In this document: one piece after another, positions 1-8,459 of the stretch
Position numbering within the stretch: the stretch's first letter is position 1
Layout: every line of letters begins with the position of its first letter
Source: an uncultured Thermococci archaeon
GTDB lineage: Archaea; CAYQAE01; CAYVLA01
Assembly (NCBI GenBank): GCA_964549615.1
Contig: CAZJVP010000075.1
Span: 1-18,845, forward strand
DNA: 18,845 nucleotides
Direction of reading: 5' to 3'
Notes under the pieces: model-generated
Databases searched by the model: none
What the model was told of the DNA's origin: nothing
The model's input: only the letters and a program-made list of their open reading frames with translations
Translations under genes and position numbers: made by a program

Positions 1-164
1 ACGTCCCTCGCGAGGTACACGAGCTTAGCCTGGCCCCTCTCGATGGTCTTGGTCACCTCGTTGGAGCCTCTCTTTATCTTCCCGGTATCCCTGGCGAGCT
101 CCAGTGCGTCGTACGCGTCCTCCGTCAGTTCCTTTGGAACTTCATACTCATCGAACAACGTCAA
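1..164 (-). CDS. rpl7ae: 50S ribosomal protein L7Ae / k-turn binding protein, 5' part (runs off the window start)
   Basis: Not in the ORF track. Manual translation from TTG at 164 gives [55 protein letters not shown], matching the L7Ae pattern EVPKEL...[32 protein letters not shown] lies at 170-176. Confidence 0.93.
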   Translation of the reverse strand, partial: MTLFDEYEVPKELTEDAYDALELARDTGKIKRGSNEVTKTIERGQAKLVYLARD

Positions 165-253
165 AACGACACCTCCCCCTTATCCCGATGCACGTCCTCG
201 TTGGATTTGCGATGGGGATTACTAAGGGTGTTACAGGACTGCGGGAGCTATGG

Positions 254-269
254 TTCTTAAATTGTTTCG
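254..269 (-). promoter_or_regulatory. BRE/TATA promoter of rpl7ae
   Basis: Minus strand reads CGAAACAATTTAAGAA (BRE-like CGAAA followed by TTTAAG), about 90 nt upstream of the start codon. Confidence 0.65.
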
Positions 270-277
270 TATGGGGC

Positions 278-1357
278 CTAGGAACGGCCGCGCCTAGAGA
301 ACCTCGATGGGTCCGCTCCCCTGTCCGTCAACCAGTCGCGTAGCCAGCCGGACAAGACCAAGCTGGCGTCCCGAAGCTCATCCAAGCTCTTCGAGCCAGT
401 CAAGAACATTGATGCCACCATCTGCGAGTGAAACAGACGTACGTACCTGTCCACCTCCCGCTTTCCCCTCCGCAAAGCCCTCAGGAATGGCGAGGCAACC
501 CCTACGCACCTTGCGCCCAGGGAGATGGACTTGGCCGCATCAAGACCGCTACGGATTCCCCCGCTCGCGATCACGTTGAGGGTGGTTGAGCAGACGACCT
601 CGACCAGGCTTGCGGCGGTCGGTATTCCCCAATCCCTCAGGGAGTCCGCCAACATCCTGCCCACCGGGTCGGTCGCACGGTAGCTCTCGACGGCAGCGAA
701 ACTCGTGCCGCCGAGTCCACCGACATCCACCCACTCGACCCCCGCGCTCTCGAGGGATCGAGCGACATCCATCGAGATCCCCGCCCCCGTTTCCTTCACG
801 ATGATGGGCCATCTCGATTGGGACATGAACTCCCGGATGGCCGCCAGCCCTCTGGCGTATGCCGTTTCACCTTCCGGCTGGGTCGACTCGTGAAGCGGGT
901 TGAGATGAACGGCCACCGCATCGACCCCCACTTTCTCCATCGCATCCATGATCGGTGCGAATTCAAAGGAGGTCAGCTGTGGAAGCCCTATGTTGCCGAC
1001 AAGGAGGACATCGGGCGCAAGGTCCCGAACGGCATATGTCCTCAACACCGATTCATCCTCGACCATGGCCCTCATGCTGCCCAGTCCAAACCCGATCCCA
1101 TGCTCCTGGGCCACTTTCGCAAGAGCCCGGTTTATGCGGGCCGCACCTGGGTAGCCCCCCGTCATCGCGTTGATGATCAACGGCATCTCAAGCTTCTTCC
1201 CCAACACGCATGCCGTCGTCTCTATGTCCTTCCGATCGATCTCTGGGAGCGCCCTATGGACGAACCTGACGCACTCAAAACCGGAACGCCCGCCCTCCAC
1301 ATCCTTCTCCGAGACGATCCTGACATGATCGGCCTTCCTTGCCTGCGTCTCACTCAT
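278..1357 (-). CDS. fni: Type 2 isopentenyl-diphosphate delta-isomerase (FMN-dependent IDI-2)
   Basis: Motifs RKADH, INAMTGG, GS.R, HLNPLHE..QPEG, PIIVKETGAG, GLGGTSFAAVE, WGIPT, ASGGIRSG.D.AK; located in a mevalonate cluster. Confidence 0.96.
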   Translation of the reverse strand: MSETQARKADHVRIVSEKDVEGGRSGFECVRFVHRALPEIDRKDIETTACVLGKKLEMPLIINAMTGGYPGAARINRALAKVAQEHGIGFGLGSMRAMVEDESVLRTYAVRDLAPDVLLVGNIGLPQLTSFEFAPIMDAMEKVGVDAVAVHLNPLHESTQPEGETAYARGLAAIREFMSQSRWPIIVKETGAGISMDVARSLESAGVEWVDVGGLGGTSFAAVESYRATDPVGRMLADSLRDWGIPTAASLVEVVCSTTLNVIASGGIRSGLDAAKSISLGARCVGVASPFLRALRRGKREVDRYVRLFHSQMVASMFLTGSKSLDELRDASLVLSGWLRDWLTDRGADPSRFSRRGRS

Positions 1358-1425
1358 TGCCTCGCCGTCCTCAATCCCTGAGCGTGCGTAGCCAAGACGT
1401 CGCCAAAGAGCGGCATCCCGCCGAC

Positions 1426-1809
1426 TTAGATCTTCTCCACAAGGCCTTCGTCGGCCTTCACCCTTAGCCTTTCGCCGCTCCTTATCTGATCTATATCTAT
1501 CCCATCCACGCAGGGTATTCCTGCCAAGATCACGCCCGTTGCCACTATGGTCTCGGTCTCCTTGTTAACTATGGCCGCAGGCGCAACCCCGTTCTTCTTC
1601 AGTCCGTAGATCACATATGAGCCAACCGTGGAGCCCTTGCCGCAAGGGAAAACAAGGATCTTACCTGTGACCGACTGTCCTTCCAGCGGATGGCCCTTCT
1701 CTATAACCCTGCCCGTCTTGGCGTCTATTCCCCCATAGAACCCAATGGGCTCCTTGGATACGATCGCCTCGCCCTCGGCGGTGCCCGGGCTTATCGTCCT
1801 CCCCTTCAT
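1426..1809 (-). CDS. Phosphomevalonate dehydratase small subunit (AcnX swivel domain, DUF126)
   Basis: G.AEGEAIVS..PIGFYGGID..TG...EKGHPL.GQSV.GKILVFP.GKGSTVGS with the conserved Ser; overlaps the large-subunit stop codon (ATGA). Confidence 0.9.
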   Translation of the reverse strand: MKGRTISPGTAEGEAIVSKEPIGFYGGIDAKTGRVIEKGHPLEGQSVTGKILVFPCGKGSTVGSYVIYGLKKNGVAPAAIVNKETETIVATGVILAGIPCVDGIDIDQIRSGERLRVKADEGLVEKI

Positions 1810-2993
1810 CTCTCAAGCCTCCCTATCAATTCGTCAAGGTTCCCAAATACGACGCTTTGCTTACAGAAGCCAGGAAGATAGTTGGCCGCCTTGCCGGAAT
1901 CCACGGCCGTGGTCTTGTAACCCATATCCTCCAGGGGAGAGACAACCATACATGTGTCTGCCACCACCTTGCCGCCAGCGCTCTCGATTCTCTTCGTGTA
2001 CCCCATGAGGTCCGCCGCCTGCTTGACGAGCCTGGAGGTGCATATCCAGATCGGTTTCTTGAGCCTCTTGCCCTCAAGTTTGCCCGCGAGCAGGGCTATC
2101 TCCTTGAGCGACGCATGCGGACAGCCGAGAACAGCGATGTCGGGATCCTTCCCGGTGTTGAGCTTGGCATAGGTTTCTTCCAGGTCCTTTGAGGAAATGT
2201 TTACCGTCTCAAGGCCCTTCGTTTCCACGAGCGAGGCCTCCGGAGTCAGGCCCTCCACATGGTAGAGTGCCACTGCCCCCGATGCAGCCATCGCTGCGCC
2301 CAGCGCCTTGAGCTGGTCGGTGTCGGCGTCTTTCAGCCCCCTGAAGTAAGGGATCTTGTTCTTCACAAGCTTCCCCACTTGGTATCCAAGTGCCCCGTAA
2401 TCAGATCCGTAGCGCAGTTCGGCCTCGACGTTAATGACCATCTGGGGCTTGCGATTTTCGTCCAGATGCAAGCCGTAGTTCGGCGTCACCCCGCATATGG
2501 CGGCGGCAAGCGCCGAGGGGCCTCCCTCCCTGTTGGTTCTAGCACCGATCACCGAGTTGGCGAACGCCACGGCTGAGGACTCGGACCATGCAATGTGCTC
2601 CCCAAAACGCGGCAGGTTGCCGCAGAGATATGGGGTACAGGTTGCGGTCGTCACTATGCCCATCTTCTTGAAGGCCCTCATTATGCGCATCTGTTTGGCG
2701 GCAAAATCCTCCGGGAAGCCGAGCGACCTCCAGCTTTTCATGTCCATGCCCGACGGGTTGAGATACGTGAGGACCCTGACCTTCGCCCCCAGTCTCGCAT
2801 AGTCCTCCAAGAACTCCAGGCCCGGATCCCCGATCGACTTGTACGATACGCCAGCCACCTGCACGGAGCCGACCGGAATCATGTTCCGCGCCCCGTAGAT
2901 CTCCCCGAGCCTCACGAGCAACCTGAATGACCGCTCGACCACCTCGCCCTGCTCGCCGTTGAGCATGGCCTCTTGTTCTTTAGTCAGCTCCAA
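1806..2993 (-). CDS. Phosphomevalonate dehydratase large subunit (AcnX catalytic domain, DUF521)
   Basis: Motifs GVSYKSIGDPG, TCTPY, WSESSA, GARTNREGGPSAL, KALGAAMAASG, GCPH, DTC, TAVDSGKA, including the Fe-S Cys ligands. The likely start is TTG at 2993 (MELTKEQE), just after the upstream stop, rather than the ORF-track start at 3074. Confidence 0.9.
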   Translation of the reverse strand: MELTKEQEAMLNGEQGEVVERSFRLLVRLGEIYGARNMIPVGSVQVAGVSYKSIGDPGLEFLEDYARLGAKVRVLTYLNPSGMDMKSWRSLGFPEDFAAKQMRIMRAFKKMGIVTTATCTPYLCGNLPRFGEHIAWSESSAVAFANSVIGARTNREGGPSALAAAICGVTPNYGLHLDENRKPQMVINVEAELRYGSDYGALGYQVGKLVKNKIPYFRGLKDADTDQLKALGAAMAASGAVALYHVEGLTPEASLVETKGLETVNISSKDLEETYAKLNTGKDPDIAVLGCPHASLKEIALLAGKLEGKRLKKPIWICTSRLVKQAADLMGYTKRIESAGGKVVADTCMVVSPLEDMGYKTTAVDSGKAANYLPGFCKQSVVFGNLDELIGRLER

Positions 2994-2995
2994 GC

Positions 2996-4273
2996 CTATC
3001 CCTCGAGGTACTCCTTCAGGTCCAACTTCATGGGCAACTCCGGCCTCTTGAACTCCTTTGGATCCCTTCCCCACGGAATGGTCAGGTCGAAACCCATCTT
3101 GGTGGTCATCCTAGTCTGTTGGTCGGCAGATTTGTCGAGGGAAGAGCCCTCCTCCCGCTTGGACACTATGTCCGTGTCGCCCTGGAACCTGGTAGCCATC
3201 GCCCACTCTATCTCCTCTGGCTTGTGGATGTCTATGTCGTCGTCAACGACGAAGACGTGCTTGACTGACCTGTGCCCTCTAAAGGCTGCCTCGATTGCCT
3301 TCTTGCCGTCGTCCTCAGCTTTCTTCCGAATGCTGACTGCAGCATGCAGCCACGATGCTCCGCCGGGAGTGACGAGGACGTCCCGCACGTCGCAGACTTT
3401 GGCGACCTCTCTATATATGCTGGGCTCCCTAGGCATGCCCATCAGGACCTTGTGCTCCAAGCCGCCGGGCAGTAGGCCGTGGAAGAGAGCACCCTCCCTT
3501 ACGAAGATCCTTTTGACGCGGGCAACGCGCTGTTTGCGCACGATATCGGCCGTCTCGGTCAGGTCCAAGAACGGCCCCTCATCCGTCATTCGCCCGGTCA
3601 GCTCCATTATCATCACGATCTCTGACTCAGGGACCGTATGGCCGCCCAGCTGGATGACCGGGGTCGGTGAAAGCGAATTCGCAATCGCTAGCTCGTGAAC
3701 GCCCGTCGCCTCCGAGATGGCCGCCGCCACGCAAACCGGCATGGGATTTCCTATGCAAAAGGCGAACTCCTTGAGGCCCCTCTCTATGTACTTGTTGAAA
3801 TCCCTCGGCAGTATCCTCAGCACGAACTCGTCGTTGCTGACGACCATTGCACGATGGTAGGATGCGTTGATGCCATATTCCGGATCGTTTGCTATGACGA
3901 CGCCGGACGCGACATACGGTCCACCATCGAACGGGTAGTACGTCAGGATGGGAAGCCTCCTTAGATCGACCTTGATCTCAGAGTATCCCTCAGCACGCTT
4001 CAGCTCTGGCTCCTTCGGGCTCTCAATTGCGTCCATCAGGCACTTGAGCAGCCTATCCTCACTGACCCCCAGCCCCAGGGCTACCAATTGCCTAGTGGAG
4101 CATACGTTGGCCACGACCTGCATGGCGTGGCCCTTCACCTTCTCGAAGAGAAGCGGGGTTCCGTCCATCATCTTCATAATCGTCGGTATCTCGTACTTGG
4201 GCGCCGCGGGCTTCTTGATCCGCTTGAGAAGCCCCTTCCTATCGAGCAGCTCGACGAACTCTCTGAAGTTCAT
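2996..4273 (-). CDS. UbiD-family decarboxylase, most likely trans-anhydromevalonate 5-phosphate decarboxylase (AMPD)
   Basis: UbiD motifs NASYHR, EGPFLDLTE, EH..LMGMPREP, VVDDDID, EWAMATRFQ, GSSLD, TTKMGFD. Start is ATG 4273 after SD GGAGGAG. The specific function is inferred from adjacency to PMDh, mvk and fni. Confidence 0.85.
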   Translation of the reverse strand: MNFREFVELLDRKGLLKRIKKPAAPKYEIPTIMKMMDGTPLLFEKVKGHAMQVVANVCSTRQLVALGLGVSEDRLLKCLMDAIESPKEPELKRAEGYSEIKVDLRRLPILTYYPFDGGPYVASGVVIANDPEYGINASYHRAMVVSNDEFVLRILPRDFNKYIERGLKEFAFCIGNPMPVCVAAAISEATGVHELAIANSLSPTPVIQLGGHTVPESEIVMIMELTGRMTDEGPFLDLTETADIVRKQRVARVKRIFVREGALFHGLLPGGLEHKVLMGMPREPSIYREVAKVCDVRDVLVTPGGASWLHAAVSIRKKAEDDGKKAIEAAFRGHRSVKHVFVVDDDIDIHKPEEIEWAMATRFQGDTDIVSKREEGSSLDKSADQQTRMTTKMGFDLTIPWGRDPKEFKRPELPMKLDLKEYLEG

Positions 4274-4313
4274 CTTACTCCTCCAACCTACCTGCTTGAG
4301 CCTTGCCCCGCCC

Positions 4314-4328
4314 AGATATATCTTTGTC
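4314..4328 (-). promoter_or_regulatory. Probable internal BRE/TATA promoter for AMPD-PMDh
   Basis: Minus strand reads GACAAAGATATATCT, about 45 nt upstream of ATG 4273; AGATATATCT is palindromic. Confidence 0.45.
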
Positions 4329-4369
4329 AGCCCTCGCACGGCCCTGGAAGCCCGCCGATTCCCGCATCC

Positions 4370-5353
4370 TCAGACACCAATCATCGTTCTGAAGGCCTCG
4401 TACCCCTTGGCCTCCATCGCCCGCGCCACCTTCTCTTGGAGCCGCTTCTGCGGCGTCAATGCAACCATGTAGCCCCCGAGTCCACCTCCGGTCAGTTTGG
4501 CCCCGTAGGCCCCGTTCCTCCTCGCAAGTTCCACGAGCTCGTCCAGCTTGGGATGCGAAACCTCGATCTCCTGCAGAAGCGTGTGGTTCTGGTTCATGAG
4601 CCTGCCCAACGCGCGCAGATCGTACCTGCGTAAAGCCGCATCCGCCTTGCCCACGAGGGCCATTGCCTCTCTGAATATCCTGTCGTACTTCGCCGGTTCC
4701 TTCTCCTTCCTTTCCCTCACACCCGCGACTGCTGCCTTCGTGTCGGCGGTGATGCCGGTGTTTCCCATCACGATCCTGATGGGCCTCTTGACTTTGAGCA
4801 GTTCGATCCGGTTTTCCCCACCGCTTAGGTTCTTTTCGAATCGCAGGAGTCCGCCATAGGTGGATGCCGTGTTGTCTATGCCGGAAGGGGTCCCTGCGTA
4901 GGCCTTCTCTCCCTCGTACGCAATCTGGTTTATTCGCGCATCGTCGAAGCCCAACCTGAACTCATCGTTCAACGCCCTTGCCAAAGAGACGCAGACGGCG
5001 GCGCTGGCCCCTATTCCCCCTACTGCCTTCAGGTCGCCGCCCAGCGTGATCCTAATGTTGTTCTCGGTCGGGTCAAAACCTGCGGCCTTGAAAACCAAGA
5101 GGACGGACTCCTTCTGTTGTTGGTACTTTTCCTTCTTGTATCCAGGGTTTGCGGGCCTATTATCCTCCAGCACCCATCCGTCCCCCGCCATGGAGCCTTC
5201 GTTGCCGGAGGGAACCAACAGCCGCGGATCTTTCACCCTCTCGACGATGGCCTCCGTCCTCGAATCGATGGCCGATGCTATGGACGGGATGCCGTAGACG
5301 ACGAAATGCTCGTTGAACAGGATGACCTTCCCGAATCCGCTGCCTACGCCCAT
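4370..5353 (-). CDS. mvk: Mevalonate kinase (GHMP family)
   Basis: Motifs GKVILFNEHFVVYG, GIGASAA, GTPSGIDN, LMNQNH, GAKLTGGGLGG; pathway context. Confidence 0.92.
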   Translation of the reverse strand: MGVGSGFGKVILFNEHFVVYGIPSIASAIDSRTEAIVERVKDPRLLVPSGNEGSMAGDGWVLEDNRPANPGYKKEKYQQQKESVLLVFKAAGFDPTENNIRITLGGDLKAVGGIGASAAVCVSLARALNDEFRLGFDDARINQIAYEGEKAYAGTPSGIDNTASTYGGLLRFEKNLSGGENRIELLKVKRPIRIVMGNTGITADTKAAVAGVRERKEKEPAKYDRIFREAMALVGKADAALRRYDLRALGRLMNQNHTLLQEIEVSHPKLDELVELARRNGAYGAKLTGGGLGGYMVALTPQKRLQEKVARAMEAKGYEAFRTMIGV

Positions 5354-5576
5354 ACGCGCGCCTCCCTTGACCTGACCCGGTTTCTATGGCTCTTTCATAT
5401 ATTTGTGTTGGGTTGGCGAGGGGGATCAACCGCAGGCCTCGCCAGCCAGATCCTTCCTTCTCGGCCCGACCATCGTTGCCCAATCTCGCAACAAGATTAT
5501 TATTCCGCACCCCTGGACCAAGGTGCGGTCTCAGGCCGGCCGGGACCCGACAGTCGCGGATCGATAGGTGGCCTGG

Positions 5577-6401
5577 ATGCCGAATCTAGTCATAAAGATC
5601 GGCGGTTCCTTCCTCACGAAGAAATCCCGCAGCAACGACTTCCCAACCTCGATAGAGGAGATCGAGGCACAGAGGGACAGGTTCGTAGAGTGGCGATACC
5701 TTAGGTCGCTCTCCTGGGAGATCCGCAGGATCGCCAAGGCGAACCGGATGCTCATCGTTCACGGCGCCGGACCCTTCGGCCACTCGCTTGTGCAGCGCGC
5801 GCTCTCGGGCCTAAGCATCGACCCCGCCGTGATACACCGTTCCATGCTCATCCTGAACTCCGCCGTCCTTGAAGCGCTGTCCGACGCCGGACTTCAGCCT
5901 AGGACGACCAGCCCCTTCGAGACCGTCCGGTTCAACGGCAGGTTCCGAACGGACGAGCTCGTGTCCCTGATGAAGAAGCATGCGGACGAGGGACTTGTCC
6001 CGGTATCTCACGGGGACGTCGTCCGAGCGGTCTCTGCGAAGGGGCGGCTGGGGGACTATGAGGTCATATCCGGGGACCTTGTCGCCCGGGACCTAGCGCT
6101 CGCCTGGCCGGCAGATAGGCTCATTATGGTGACCGATGTCGACGGAATTCTGGATCAAGACCCCTCCGAGGGAGGTGGAAGGACGATCCCCAGGATCAGT
6201 CAGGCAGACTGTCTCTCCCTGTTGAGGGGCAGGACTGCGAAAGGCGCCGACGTCACTGGCGGGATCGCGCAGAAGATCGCCAGTTGCGAGGATTCCATCA
6301 GATCCGGCATTCCGCTCCACATCATCTCGGGCAAGAGGAAAGGCAGCCTTCTAGAGGCCGCGAGGGGGGGTAAGGTGGGGACGGTGGTCGAGGCCTCGTG
6401 A
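5577..6401 (+). CDS. ipk: Isopentenyl phosphate kinase (amino acid kinase family)
   Basis: Motifs IKIGGS, VHGAGPFGH (IPK signature His), HGDV, ISGD, TDVDGI, DVTGGI..K. Start is probably ATG 5577 after AGGTG (ORF track gives GTG 5568). Divergent from mvk. Confidence 0.88.
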   Translation: MPNLVIKIGGSFLTKKSRSNDFPTSIEEIEAQRDRFVEWRYLRSLSWEIRRIAKANRMLIVHGAGPFGHSLVQRALSGLSIDPAVIHRSMLILNSAVLEALSDAGLQPRTTSPFETVRFNGRFRTDELVSLMKKHADEGLVPVSHGDVVRAVSAKGRLGDYEVISGDLVARDLALAWPADRLIMVTDVDGILDQDPSEGGGRTIPRISQADCLSLLRGRTAKGADVTGGIAQKIASCEDSIRSGIPLHIISGKRKGSLLEAARGGKVGTVVEAS

Positions 6402-7996
6402 CCAGCGAATCCGGCCGCCAGTACATCGAGCATCCGCTGATCAAACCGCGAACGATCGAGGCTAGGCTGTATCAACAGCTCGTCTATGCCAAGGCAGTCG
6501 AATCGAACACTCTCTTCGTCGCCCCAACGGCTCTGGGAAAGACGGTGCTCTGCATCATGGTCGCAGCCCACCGGCTACAAAGGCAGGGCGGAAGGGTACT
6601 CATCCTGGCCCCGACGCGGCCCCTCGTCCTCCAGCATGCTAGGTCGTGCAGGAAGTTCCTCGCGATTCCCGAGGAAAAGATCATGGACTTCAGCGGGACC
6701 CTGGATCCGAACGAAAGGGAGGCGCTCTGGCCGACGGCTACCGTTGCGGTTGCAACCCCCCAAGTCGTTGAGAACGATATTCGGGCAGGCAGGTTGGAGA
6801 TGAGCCACTACTCGCTCGTCGTGTTCGACGAGGCGCATCGCGCCGTTGGCGACTATGCCTATGTGACGATAGCTAAGGCCTACAGGAGATCCCGTCCCGA
6901 CCCGCTCGTGCTGGGCCTTACGGCATCCCCCGGCAACAGGGAGGAGGTCGTACGCGAGGTCTGCGACAACCTGGGCATCGTCAACATCGAGGCGAGAAGC
7001 GACGATGACCCGGACGTTAGACCCTACATCAACCCCGTCGAGGTCGATTGGAGGCTCGCGACCCTGCCGCAGCCGGTCCAAGAGATAGTCAGGGGTATGG
7101 AGGACTTCCTCGAAGAGCACACAAGATCGCTGAGGGAGATCGGCTTGATCAGAACCCCAAGCGTAACTAGGAAGGACCTGCTCGAAGCGGGTAGAGTGCT
7201 CAGCATAGGGGCGGAGAGGTTTTCCGCTTCATTCGGGAGGCCCCCCTTCATGTATTACAGGGCTCTCATGGACTACGCGATTGCCCTCAAGGCCGAACAC
7301 GCGCTCGAGATGCTCGAGACACAAGGAATCGAGCAGACCCTCCGATACTTCGACAGGATGGCACAGGATGCAACCTTGAAGCAGGCTGCGAGATCGACCA
7401 AGTCCTTCATTCGGGATCCTAGGATCGCTGGGTTCGTGGCTTCGCTGCGCAGGCTTGCGAGGGCCGGGATCGAGCATCCCAAACTCCGAGAGATGGCAAG
7501 GGTGATCTCCGAGGAGCTTTCGCGCGATCCGAACAGCAGGATCATCATCTTCACGAACTTCAGGGACAGCGTGGACCTGATCGTCGGATACCTGTCCCAC
7601 GATCCTCGGGCCAGGGTCACAAGGTTCGTCGGCCAGTCCTCAATGCGCTCCAAGGGTCTGAGCCAGAAGGAGCAGGCACAGATCCTTGACCTATTCAGGA
7701 CGGGAAAGTACAACGTCCTAGTTGCCACCTCCGTCGCGGAGGAGGGCCTGGACATACCCGAGGTTCAGATGGTGGTCTTCTACGACTGTACCCCAAGCGC
7801 CATCCGCAACATCCAGAGGCGGGGTCGCACGGGCAGAAAAGGGGCGGGCAAGGTGGTCATCCTGATGACCCAGAACACGAGGGAAGAGGCTTATCACTGG
7901 GCCGGCCACCAAAGGGAGAAGAAGATGAGGGAGCTACTCAAGAGACTCGACGGCGACCTGAAAAACAGGCAGATGAAGCTCAGCGACTTTGCCTAG
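6398..7996 (+). CDS. Hef/FANCM/Mph1-like SF2 helicase lacking an ERCC4 nuclease domain
   Basis: Motifs R.YQ, APTALGKT, LAPTRPLV.QH, FDEAHRA.GDYAY, GLTASPG, HPK, FVGQ...KGLSQKEQ, ATSVAEEGLDIP, IQRRGRTGR; ends in QMKLSDFA. Confidence 0.9.
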   Translation: MTSESGRQYIEHPLIKPRTIEARLYQQLVYAKAVESNTLFVAPTALGKTVLCIMVAAHRLQRQGGRVLILAPTRPLVLQHARSCRKFLAIPEEKIMDFSGTLDPNEREALWPTATVAVATPQVVENDIRAGRLEMSHYSLVVFDEAHRAVGDYAYVTIAKAYRRSRPDPLVLGLTASPGNREEVVREVCDNLGIVNIEARSDDDPDVRPYINPVEVDWRLATLPQPVQEIVRGMEDFLEEHTRSLREIGLIRTPSVTRKDLLEAGRVLSIGAERFSASFGRPPFMYYRALMDYAIALKAEHALEMLETQGIEQTLRYFDRMAQDATLKQAARSTKSFIRDPRIAGFVASLRRLARAGIEHPKLREMARVISEELSRDPNSRIIIFTNFRDSVDLIVGYLSHDPRARVTRFVGQSSMRSKGLSQKEQAQILDLFRTGKYNVLVATSVAEEGLDIPEVQMVVFYDCTPSAIRNIQRRGRTGRKGAGKVVILMTQNTREEAYHWAGHQREKKMRELLKRLDGDLKNRQMKLSDFA

Positions 7997-8319
7997 ATCT
8001 TCCTTCTGAACTCGCGCTTCCGCAAGATCCTGAGAAGCACGCTCTTCAGCTTGTAGTTCTCGGCGCAGGCATTGTTCTTCATCTCAAACTCCACGGCGCC
8101 CAAGATGTCCTCGGTCTTGTTCTTGATGCCCTTGGCGAACATGCCCATGCTTGCCTTTCCGTAGAGATCCGCCGCCTCACGGTAGAGCTCGGCAGCCTTC
8201 TTGAGGAGCGCGACGCGAAGTTGGTGATCGCTCTTCTCGTTATAGGCTTTGATAAGGTACATATCGGCTTGGCCCTCAAGCCACGATGCCTTCCTGACGT
8301 GGTCGGCCTCGAACCTCAA
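7993..8319 (-). CDS. Small helical hypothetical protein (about 108 aa)
   Basis: Open frame filling the gap between known genes. A TATA-like AAAGAAGATTTATATTT at about 8351-8367 lies inside the ORF-track N-terminus (8382), so the start is probably TTG 8319. Confidence 0.6.
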   Translation of the reverse strand: MRFEADHVRKASWLEGQADMYLIKAYNEKSDHQLRVALLKKAAELYREAADLYGKASMGMFAKGIKNKTEDILGAVEFEMKNNACAENYKLKSVLLRILRKREFRRKI

Positions 8320-8459
8320 TCCAGCACCGGCGGTGCTCTGAATCCCATCGAAATATAAATCTTCTTTATGGAGAGTTAGCAAAAGAATATCCCGATTTTC
8401 TTTTCGGCATCTGCAATCCCATCCCAGAACGGGATAGGAACAGCGACATTCGGCTTGTT

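Noticed and set aside
1806-4273. Aconitase and ubiquinone-pathway (ubiD) annotations
   Set aside because: The context of mvk, ipk and fni points to mevalonate pathway roles instead.
8417-8439. Hairpin downstream of nadC (TCCTATCCC/GGGATGGGA on the minus strand) as a terminator
   Set aside because: No adjacent T tract, and archaeal termination does not generally need hairpins; support is too weak.
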